The position numbers and the translations under genes are program-made. Shown one piece after another: positions 36,301 to 48,300 of a DNA stretch of 64,000 nucleotides; position 1 is the stretch's first letter, and each line of letters opens with the position of its first letter. Below the pieces are notes generated by a model that searched no databases, was not told the origin of the DNA, and was given only the letters and a program-made list of their open reading frames with translations. Origin of the DNA: Isurus oxyrinchus (Eukaryota); contig JANJGN010000557.1 of NCBI GenBank assembly GCA_026770705.1, positions 248,001 to 312,000 on the forward strand, in the 5' to 3' direction.

Positions 36301-39300
36301 TTCCTTTCACTTTGGTTCCTTTGCAGACAGGTGTAGGCTTACAGCTGCTTTGATGTTACAAGCCTCTGACTTCCACAGACAAAACTCTCTCAGGTCTCTC
36401 AGCATCTCGGTTTGGACCAGTGTCCCGCATGTCACGGGTTGAGGGGGCAGCCATGCAGCGCACTCATCTCTGGCCGTCCAAGCGGTGACCAGCACTTCCC
36501 GGGAAGCATTGAGGGGCAGTCACACAGGGCCAGGAAAGGTGCTAAGTACAGCCACGATAACCAAGTCTCTCTCTCTCTCTTTTTCATGGTGCAGGAGGGC
36601 CATGTCGGGATGATGGACCCTGGTGACCTAGCTGTGTGCCTGATGGTCCACGGAGACTGTAGAAGACGGAGGAGAGAGTGACTGAGGCTCCTGGCCGCAC
36701 AAAGGCAGGAACAGCAACCTCATGAAGAAGGGGCAGTGGAGCTCTCGCATACGCTGTCGAGGAGCGACAGTGAGCCGTGGCTGGTCAACGCCTAGCGACA
36801 CCCAGAGTCTATAGACACCGCCTGTCATTCCTGCAGATGACTGAGAACCAGCGTCACTGATGTCTGTGCATGTCTAGGGACCTGTTGGCTCACATCTGCC
36901 ACTTACTGTACCAAGGGAACATAGAGGGCATCCACTGCCAGTGCCTGTGACAGTGACCGTGGTGCTCAATTTCTCTGCCAGTGTCTCCTTTCATGGCTCC
37001 ACAGGCGACCTCTGTGGGATATCACAATTCTCCACCCACAAATACATCCATGAGGTCCCGGATGCATCTTCTCCATGGCAACAACTTTGTGCATTTCGCC
37101 CGGGACTGGGACAGCCAGGATGCAAGGGCCTTTCGATTTGCCCTGATCTCGGGATTCCCATAAGTGCAGGGTACGATTGACTGCACTCATGTGGCGCTCA
37201 GGTCTCCATCGCTACACCCAGTGGACTTCATCAACCACAAGGGTTTCCACTCATTGAATATGCAGTTGGTATGTGACCAGCAGCAACACATCCTGTGGTA
37301 TGCACACGGTTTACAGGGAGTGCGCACATAGCCTACATCCTGAGTCACTCTCAGATCCCTGCAGTTTTCCAGGGTCCACAGAGGCTGCAGGGTTGGCTCC
37401 TTGGGGACAAGGACTACCCGCAGTGGTTGTGGCTGATGACACGCGTGCAGAGGCCTCAGACTGCAGCAGAGCGACGCTATAATGAGGCTCAGGCAGCAAC
37501 TCGTAACTTGGTAGCACAGACCCGGGATGCTGAAGATGTGGTTGCGGTGCCTGGACCAGTCTAGTGGAGCCCAGCAATACAGTCCGCAGAGGGTATCGCA
37601 CATCGTCATCGTCTGCTGCGCCCTTTACAACCAGGCGCTGCAACTGGGAGAGGAGCTGGCTGAGGAGGAGATGGAGGAGCTGGAGGTCTCCTCTGATGAG
37701 GAGGACATCAATGGGGATGAGAGATGGGGTGTAGGTAGAGTGAGATTGAGCTGCCCAGCATCCCTCTCACCTGAACACTGTAGGAGGCCAACTATGACAT
37801 TAGAGATGGGGTTAAACCCGTGTAGCAGTACGTGAGCAACGTCCTGGACCAAGGTCTCCATGGCGGCCGTCATCCTGCCAGTGTTGACCTCAGTGCGTTG
37901 CCATGCTGGCACTATCACCTCAACCTGAAGGCAGACGGACTCCTCCATCATGCCTTGCAATCTGAGGAGTGCAGCGGACATCCCTTCCTGATGTTCCCCA
38001 GCTTGCCTTTGCAGCTCCAGCAACTGTGACATTACTGAGTCAGAAGCTCATCATCCGACTCGGACTCAGCAACGTTCTGGCCTCCAGCAGTCCTCCGAGT
38101 GCCGGGGACCTGGTAGGTCCCTGCCTCAGCCTGCTGTGAATCAAACAGTGCGATGTGCTCACCAGAGGCTACTCTAAAGCTAGGTCCCACCGAGGTGTGT
38201 GTCTCTGCGCTGATGGAGGGTGAGGATGAGCGCTGTGAGGGGAGTTCAGGGAGGGTGCCTTCAGATTCCTCTTCGGAGGTTTCTTCGGAGCTTGCTTGGA
38301 GGTTCTGGGTCGTGGACTCTGTCTGCTGCTTCCCAGATGTGTCTGTGAAAGCATTGGGAGCTAATTAGTGCATGGCAGTGGCCTGTGAAAGAGGACACAT
38401 CACTCACAGCATGGTTGTTTGATGGATGTTGCACTTCTGGATCCTCACTTGGGAAAGCAGCGCTGAACTCACTGTCAGCACAGGACCGATCCCGGTCATT
38501 GCCGGCCAGCTGGATGACTCTGTTTTCCAATTCTGTCAGAGCTTTGATCTCCGACATCTCTCCACCTGTCTGTGACCTTCCCCTCCTGTTGTGAGCCAGT
38601 TTGTCCTGCATGGATAGAGATGGGGAGAGTGTATCAGGATGCCTGCCAGGCCAGATGATAAGTATGCCTGACCTGTGTGGGTGGTGAGTGGTCCTACGGA
38701 TGGGATGTGGACAATGACGGTGTGAGTGAGAGAGTGAATGGTGATGTCTCTTGCGCTGGCAGTGAGTGAGGGCCCTGTGGGTGTGTGATGTGTTTGTGAG
38801 TGTGTGAGTTAGGAGTGATGAAAAGGGTGACTTACGCTGGTGGAACGGAGGAGATCATTCATCCTTTTCCGGCACTGAGTATTGGTGTGAAAGGAGACAT
38901 TCTGTCAAAGCTTTTCATCTTTCACTCATCAGGACAGAATTGCAAGAATACCAAATCTCAAAGGGAACAACAATACTGCATGAGAAGAATGTGCTGATTG
39001 GCTGGCAAGCAGATAATTGTGGACAAATTGTGGCCCAAGTGTCAAATGTCCACTTGCCAACCAATTCAATTAGAATCTGGAATTGAAAATCTAACTTTGA
39101 CCATGGAAACATTGCCGATTGTCGCTAAAACCCCATCTGGGTCACTAATGTCCTTTAGGGGGGGAAATCTGCCATCCTTACCTGGTCTGGTGTACATGTG
39201 ACTCCAGACCCACAGCAAAGAGGTTGATTCCTCAAAACCCTCTGAAATGGACAGCAAGCTACTCTGTTCCAGGGTAATTTGGGATGGGCAATAAATGTTG

Positions 39301-42300
39301 GTCTCGCCAGTGAGACCTTCATCCCATGAACAAATAAAAAAATTACTCACATTCTGTGGGAATTCTAATGGGCAGAGACTTGGAACTGCCCAGGATACTT
39401 GTTGCTTCACAGTAGTAGGAGATTTCCTCATCGACTCCATCAGGAACCATAATAGTTTGACCAGTGAGTGTCAGATTAATGACCTTTCCTTGGGAGATCT
39501 TAAACCAGGTGAAATTGTGGACTGCTGGATTCCCGTCACTGGAGCAACTGAGAGAAATCATCTTTCCTTTTTCCCATGTCATCCTGACAGACGTATTGCG
39601 AGGAGAATCTTTCAAATACAAAATTATCAATACATTAACCAATGAGCTAAAGTCAGGAGTGTGATGGAACACTCTCCAGTTGCCGGGATGAGTGCAGCTC
39701 CAACAACACTCATGAAGCTCGACACCATCCAGGACAAAGCAGCCCACTTGATTGGCATCCCACCCACCATCTTCAACATTCACTCCCTCCACCTTGAATG
39801 CACAGTAGCAGCAGTGTGTACCATCTACAAGATGCACTGCAACAGCTCACCAAGGCTCCTTGAAAAGCACCTTCCAAACCTATCACCTCTAACATCTAGA
39901 AGGAAAAGGGCATCTGTTCATGGGAACACAACCACCTGCAAGTTCCCCTCCAATCCACACACCATCCTGAGTTGGAAATCTATCGTCATTTCCTTCACTG
40001 TCACTGGGTCATAATCCTGGAACTCCCTGCCTAACATTGCTGTGGGTGTACCTACAGCACATGGAGTGATTAGGGATGGGCAATAAATGTTGCCCATATC
40101 AGCAAATGAATTTAATATGGGCAAACTCATGTGGTTTAAAATCTAGAATTGAATAGTCTCTTTATATAATTATGGACTGGATACAGATCCAACACTAGCA
40201 CATGTACAGACTGCACTGTATTCCTCACCTGCAGATAATGTTACACAGAATTACAAGTAGTCTACAGCTGCGCATTCGGCCCATCTTTTCTATGTCAGAA
40301 GCCAAGACTGTACACAGTACTCCTGATGCAGTCTCACCAAGAGCCTATAGAGTTGTAACATGCATCCCTACTTTTACACTCAAGCTTGCTTACAATAAAC
40401 ACCAACGTTCCATTTGCCTTCCTAACACCTTGCTGCACCTGCATACTAACTTTCTATGATTCATGTACCAGGAATGATGTGTTAGTCATTGGAGAGAGTA
40501 TTCAGGATTCTGATTTACAGAAGACGATGTTTATAGTCACTTGGCAGCACAGAACCTGAGCATTGGTGTGAAAGGAGACATTCTGTCAAAGCTTTTCATC
40601 TTTCACTCATCAGAATTGCAAGAATACCAAATCTGAAAGGGAACAACAATTGATACTGCATGAGGAGAATGTGCTGATTAGCTGGCAAGCAGATAATTGT
40701 GGACAAATTGTGGATAAAGTGTCAAATGCCCACTTGCCAACCAATTCAATGAGAATCTGGAATTGACATTCTAACGATGACCATGAAAACATTACCGATT
40801 GTCGTTAAAAACCTATCTGGGTCACTAATGTTCTTTAGGGAGGGAAATTTGCTGTCCTTACCTGGTCTGGCCTACATGCAAGTCCAGACCCACAGAGATG
40901 TGGTTGACTCTTCAATACACTCTGTAATGGCCCAGCAAGCCATTCAGTTCCAGGGTAATTTGGGATGGGCAATAAATGTTGGTCTAGCCAGTGACACCTC
41001 CATCCCATGAACAAATGAAGAAAAGTACTCACATTCAGAGGGAATTCTAATGGGCAGAGACTGGGAACTGCCCAGGATGCTTGTTGCTTCACAGTAGTAG
41101 GAGATTTGCTCTTCAAATCCATAAGGAACTGTAATAGTTTGACCAGCGAGTGCCAGATTCGTCACTTTTCTTTGTGAGATTTTAAACCAGGTGAAATTGT
41201 GGACTACTGCATTCCCTTCACTGGAACAACTTAGAGAAATCATCTTTCCTTTTTCCAGTGTCATCCTGACAGACGTGTTGTGAGGAGAATCTTTCAAATA
41301 CAAAATTATCAACACATTAATAACTGAGTTAAAGTCAGGAGTGTGATGGAACACTCTCCAGTTGCCTGGATGAGTGCGGCTCCAGCAACACTCAGGAAGC
41401 TCGACACCATCCAGGACAAACAGCCCACTTGAACGTCATCCCACCCACAATCTACAACATTCACTCTCTCCACCATGAATGTCCAGTGTGTACCATCTAC
41501 AAGATGCACTGCAACAGCTCCCCAAGGCTCCTTGAACAGCACCTTCCATTCCTTAATACCAGAAGAACAAGGGCAGCAGAAAAATGGGAACAATGCCACC
41601 TGCAAGTTCCCCGCCAAGCCTCTCACCATCCTGAATTGGAAATGTATCGGCCGTTCCTTCACTATCGCTGGGTCAAAATCCTGGAACCCCTTCCCTAACA
41701 GCACTGTGGGTATACGTACAGCACATGGACTGCAGCAGGTCAGGACAAGGGGTAATTAAGGATAGGCAATAAATGTTACCCATATCAGCAGCTCCCACAT
41801 CCTGTGAATGAATTAAATATGGGCAAACTCATGAGGAGTAAAATCGAGATTTGAATAGTCTCTTTATATAATCATGGACTGGAAACAGCTCCAACACTAG
41901 CACAAGTAGAAACTGCACTGTATTCCTCACCAGCAGATAACATTACCCAGTATTACAGGTAGCCTTCAGCTGCACATTTGGCCCATCTTTTCTATGTCAG
42001 AATCAAAGACTGTACACAGTACTCGTGATGCAGACTCACCAAGAGCCTGTACAGTTGTAACATGCGTCCCTACTTTTACACGCGAGCTCCCTTACAATAA
42101 ACAGCAACGTTCCATTTGCCTTCCTAACCACTTGCTGCAGCTGCATACTAACTTTCTATGATTCATGTACCAGGAATGATGTGTTAGTCATTGGAGAGAG
42201 TATTCAGGATTCTGATTTACAGAAGACGATGTTTACAATCACTTGGCAGCACAGAACCTGAGCATTGGTGAGAAAGGAGACATTCTGTCAAAGCTTTTCA

Positions 42301-45300
42301 TCTTTCACTCATCAGGACAGAATTGCCAGAATACCAAATCTCAAAGGAAACAACAATTGATACTGCATGAGAAGAGGGTGCTGATTAGCTGGCAACAGAT
42401 AATTGTGGACCAATTGTGGCCAAAGTGGTCAAATGTCCACTTGCCAACCAATTCAATTAGAATCTGGAATTGAAAGTCTAATGATGACCATGAAAACAGT
42501 GCTGATTGTCGTTAAAACCCCATCTGGGTCACTAATGTCCTTTAGGGAGGGAAATCTGCTGTCCTTACCTGCTCTGGCGTACCTGTGACTCCAGCAATGT
42601 GGTTGATTCTTCAATACCCTCTGAAATGGCCCACCAAGCCACTCTGTTCCAGGGTAACTTGGGATGGGCAATAAATGTTGGTCTAGTCAGTGACACCTCC
42701 ATCCCATGAACGAATAAAAAAATTACTCACATTCTGTGGGAGTTCTAATGGGCAGAGACTGGGAACTGCCCAGGATACTTGTTGCTTCACAGTAGTAGGA
42801 GATTTCCTCATCGAATCCAGAAGGAACTGTAATAGTTTGACCAGCGAGCACCAAATTCATCACTTTTCCTTGGGAGCTCTTAAACCAGGTGAAATTGTGG
42901 ATTGGTGGATTCCCGTCACTGGAACAACTTAGAGAAATCATCTTTCCTTTTTCCAGTGTCATCCTGACAGACGTGTTATGAGGAGAATCTTTCAAATCCA
43001 AAATTATCAACACATTAACCACTGAGCTAAAGTCAGGAGTGTGATGGAACACTCTCCAGTTGCCGGGATGAGTGCGGCTCCAGCAACACTCAGGAAGCTC
43101 GACACCATCCAGGACAAAGCATCCCACTTGAACGGTACCCCACCCACCATAGTCAACATTCACTCCCTGGTGCACAGTGGCAGCAGTGTGTACCATCTAC
43201 AAGATGCACTGCAACAGCTCACCAAGGCTCCTTGAACAGCACCTTCCAAACCCTAACATCAAGTAGGACAAGGGGAGCAGATAGGTAGGAACAATGCCAC
43301 CTGCAAGATCCCCTGCAAGCCACTCACCATCCTGACTTGGAAATCTATCGCCATTCCTTCACTGTCACTGGGTCAAAATCCTGGAACTCCCTCCCTAACA
43401 TTGCTGTGGGTGTACCTACAGCACATGGACTGCAGCAGTTGAATACAGTGGCTCATGGGGTAATTAAGGATGGCTAATAAATGTTGCCCATATCATCAAA
43501 TGAATTAAATATGGGCAAACTCATGAGGTTTAAAATCTAGATTTGAATAGTCTCTTTATATAATCATGGACTGGATACAGCTCCAACACTAGCACAAGTA
43601 CAAACTGCACTGTATTCCTCACCAGCAGATAATGTTACACAGTATTACAGGTAGTCTACAACTGCGCATTCAGCCCATCTTTTCTATGTCAGAAGCCAAG
43701 ACTATACACAGTACTCCTGATGCAGTCTCAAAAAGAACCTGTACACCTCCACCCTACATCCCTAATACTTTTACTTAATCTCCCTTGCAATAAACACCAA
43801 CATTCCATTTGCCTTCCTAAACACTTGCTGCACCTGCATACGAACCTTCTATGTTTCATGTACCAGAAATTATATATTAGTCAATTGGGAGAGCATTCAG
43901 GAGAATTTACAGAAGAAGATATTTATAGTCACTTGGCGGTAAAAAATTTGAGCGTTGGAGAGAAAGGAGACATTCTGTCAAAGCTTTTCATTTTTCACTC
44001 ATCAGGACAGAATTGCAAGAATACCAAATCTCAAAGGGAACAACAATCGAGATTGCATGAGGAGGTGGTGCTGATTGCCTGGAAAGCAGATAATTGAGGG
44101 CAAATTGTGGATAAAGTGTCAAATGTCCACTTGCCAACCAATTCAATTAGGACCTGGAATTGAATTTCTAACGATGACCATGAAAACATTACCGATTGTC
44201 ATTAAAAACCCATCAGGGTCACTAATGTCCTTTAGGGAGGGAAATCTGCCGTCCTTACCTGGTCTGGCCTGCATGCAGGTCCAGACCCACAGAGATGTGG
44301 TTGACTCTTCAATGACCTCTGAAATGGCCCAGCAAGCCATTCAGTTCCAGGGTAATTTGGGATGGGCAATAAATGTTGGTCTAGCCAGTGAGATCTTCAT
44401 CCCATGAACGAATAAAAAAAGTACTCACATTCAGTGGGAATTCTAATGGGCAGAGACTGGGAACTGCCCAGGATACTTGTTGCTTCACAGTAGTAGGAGA
44501 TTTCCTCATCGAATCCATAAGGAACTGTAATAGTTTGACCAGTGAGCACCAGATTCGTCACCTTTCCTTGGGAGATCTTAAACCAGGTGAAATTGTGGAC
44601 TGCTGGATTCCCGTCACTGGAACAACTTAGAGAAATCACCTTTCCTTTTTCCCGTGTCAGCCTGACAGACGTGTTGTGAGGAGAATCTTTCAAATACAAA
44701 ATTATCAACACATTAACCACTGAGCTAAAGTCAGGAGTGTGATGGAACACTCTCCATTTGCCGGGATGAGTGCAGCTCCAGCAACGCTCATGAAGCTGGA
44801 TACCATCCAGGACAAAGCAGCCCACTTGAACGGCATCCCACCCACCATCTTCAACATTCACTCCCTCCACCATGAATGCACAGTGGTAGCAGTGTGTACC
44901 GTCTACAAGATGCAATGTAACAGCACACCTAGGCTCCTTGAACAGCACCTTCCAATCCCTAACACCTAGAAGTACAAGGGCAGCAGGAAAATGGGAACAA
45001 CGCCACCTGCAAGTTCCCCACCAAGCCTCTCACCATCTTGAATTGGAAATATATCGGCCGTTCCCTCACTATCGCTGGGTCAAAATCCTGGAACTCCCTC
45101 CCTAACAGCACTGTGGATATACGTACAGCATGTGGACTGCAGCAGGTCAGGACAAGGGGTAATTAGGGATGGGCAATTAATGTCGCCCATATCAGCAGCT
45201 CCCACATCCTGTGAATGAACTAAATATGGGCAAACTCATGAGGTTTAAAGTCTAGATTTGAATAGTCTCTTTATATAATCATGGACTGGATACAGCTCCA

Positions 45301-48300
45301 ACACTAGCACATGTACAAACTGCACTGTATTCATCACCAGCAGGTAATGTTACACAGAATTACAGGTAGTCTACAGCTGCACATTCGGCACATCTTTTCT
45401 ATGTCAGAAGCCAAGACTGTACACAGTACTCGTGATGCAGACTCACCAAGAGCCTGTACAGTTGTAACATGCGTCCCTACTTTTACACTCAAGCTCCCTT
45501 ACAATAAACAGCAACGTTCCATTTGCCTTCCTAACCACTTGCTGCACCTGCATACTAACTTTCTCTGATTTGTGTACCAGGAATGATGTGTTAGTCATTG
45601 GAGAGAGTATTCAGGATTCTGATTTACAGAAGACGATGTTTACAGTCACTTGGCAGCACAGAACCTGAGCATTGGTGTGAAAGGAGACATTCTATCAAAG
45701 CTCTTCAAATATTCTTTCCTTTTTCCAGTGTCATCCTGACAGACATGTTGTGAGGAGATTCTTTCAAATCCAAAATTATCAACACATTAACCACTGAGCT
45801 AAAGTCAGGAGTGTGATGGAACTCTCTCCAGTTGCTGGGATGAGTGCAGCTCCAACAACACTCAGGAAGCTCGACACCATCCAGGACAAAGCATCCCACT
45901 TGACTGGCATCCCACCCACCATCTTCATCATTCACTCCCTCCACCACCGACGCACAGTGGCATCAGTGTGTACCATCTACAAGATGCACTGCAACAGCTC
46001 ACCAAGGCTCCTTAAGCAGCACCTTCCAAACCTGTGACCTCTAACATCTAGAAGGACAAGGGCAGCAGACTCATGGGAACACCACCACCTGCAAGTTCTC
46101 CTCCAAGCCACACACCACCTTGACTTGGAAATCTATTGCCGTTCCTTCACTGTCACTGGGACAAAATCCTGGAACTCCCTGCCTAACATTGCTGTGGGTG
46201 TACCTACAGCACATGTAGTGAAGCGGTTCAAGACAATGTCTCAAGGGGTAATTAGGGATGGGCAATAAATGTTGCCCATATCAGCAAATGAATTAAATAT
46301 GGGCAAACGCATGTGGTTTAAACTCTAGATTTGAATAGTCTCTTTATATAATCATGGACTGGATACAGCTCCAACACTAGCACACGTACAAACTGCACTG
46401 TATTACCCACCAGCAGATAATGTTACACAGAATTAAAGATAGTCTACAGCTGCGCATTCGGCCCATCTTTTCTATGTCAGAAGCCAGGACTGTACACAGT
46501 ACTCGTGATGCAGTCTCACCAATAGCCTGTACAGTTGTAACATGCGTCTCTACTTTTACACTCAAGCTCCCTTGCAATAAACACCAATGTTCCATTTGCC
46601 TTCCTAACCACATGCTGCACCTGCATTCTAACTTTCTCTGATTTGTGTACCAGGAATGATATGTTAGTCATTTACGAGTGTATTCAGGATTTTGATTTAC
46701 AGAAGACGATGTTTACAGTCACTTGGCAGGACAGAACCTGAGCATTGGTGAAAAAGGAGACATTCTGTCAAAGCTTTTCATCTTTCACTCATCAGGACAG
46801 AATTGCAAGATTACCAAATCTCAAAGGGATAACAAATTATACTGCATGAGAAGAGGGTGCTGATTGGCTGGCAACAGATAATTGTGGACAAATTGTGGCC
46901 ATAGTGTTCAAATGTCCACTTTCCAACCAATTCAATGAGAATCTGTAATTGAAAGTCTATTGTTGACCATGAAAACATTGCCAATTGTCGTTAAAACCCC
47001 ATCTGGTTCACTAATGTCCTTTAGGGAGGTAAATCTGCTGTCCTTACCTGGTCTGGCCTTACATGTGACTCCAGACCCACAGCAACGTGGTTGACTCCTC
47101 AATATCCTCTGAAATGGCCCACTAAGCCTCTCTGTTCCAGTATAATTTGGGATGGGCAATAAATGTTGGTCTAGCCAGTGACACCTTCATCGCATGTATG
47201 AATAAAAAAAGTACTCACATTCAGTGGGAATTTTAATGGGCAGAGACTGGGAACTGCCCAGGATACTTGTTGCTTCACAGTAGTAGGAGATTTCCTCATC
47301 GAATCCATAAGGAACTGTAATAGTTTGACCAGTGAGCACCAGATTTGTCACCTTGCCTTGGGGGATCTTAAACCAGGTGAAATTGTGGACTGCTGGATTC
47401 CCATCACTGGAACAACTTAGAGAAATCATCTTTCCTTTTTCCCGTGTCAGCCTGACAGACGTGTTGTGAGGAGAATCTTTCAAATACAAAATTATCAACA
47501 CATTAAACACTGAGCTAAAGTCAGGAGTGTGATGGAATTCTCTCCAGTTGCCAGGATGAGTGCTGCTCCAACACACCCAAGAAACTCGACACCATCCAGG
47601 ACAAAGCCCAATTGATCGGCATCCCAACCACCATCTTCAACATTCACTCCCTCCACCAATGACGCACATTATCAGCAATGTGTACCATCTACAAGATGCA
47701 CTGCAGCAACTCACCAAGGCTCTTAAGACAGCACCTTCCAACGCATGACCTCTGAAACCTATAAGGACAAGGGCAGCAGATACATGGGAACATCACCACC
47801 TGTAAGTTCCCCTCCAAGCCACACACCATCCTGACTTGGAACGATTTCACTGTTACTTCATTGTTTCTGGGTCAAAATCCTAGAACACTCTCCAGGAAGC
47901 ACTTTTGGTGCACCTTCACTACATGCTGTGCAGCAGTCCCAGAAGTCAGCTCACCACCACCTTCCAAAGGGACAATTAGGAATGGGTGATAAATGCTGGC
48001 CCCAGCCAGTAATGGCCACATCCCAGAAAAGAATGAAAAAAAGAGTGAACTGATGAGGTGTAACATCCAGATTGGGATAGGGTCTGTTTTGAATCATGGA
48101 CTGGATACAGCTCCAACACTAGCACCTGTACAAACTGCACTGTGTTCCTCACCAGCAGATGATGTCACACAGAATTACAGCGAGTCTACAAGTGGCTATC
48201 TCACCCCATCCCCATAACCTTTTCTTACTTTCTCCCTCATGTGTTTATCCCTTAAATACATCGATACTATTCACCTTTACCACTCCCTGTGGGAGCGACT

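Larger units (their letters stand above)
38875..48190 (-). repeat. Tandem array of ~1.7-kb units, each a C2 exon plus LINE/SINE fragments (5 complete, 1 deleted)
   Basis: Exon starts at 39608, 41290, 42988, 44686, 45760 and 47476; intron sequences align. Confidence 0.95.

Noticed and set aside
36600-37725. Domesticated HARBI1 gene
   Set aside because: Multiple stops and frameshifts, paired with a Myb-like ORF2 relic. A dead transposon.
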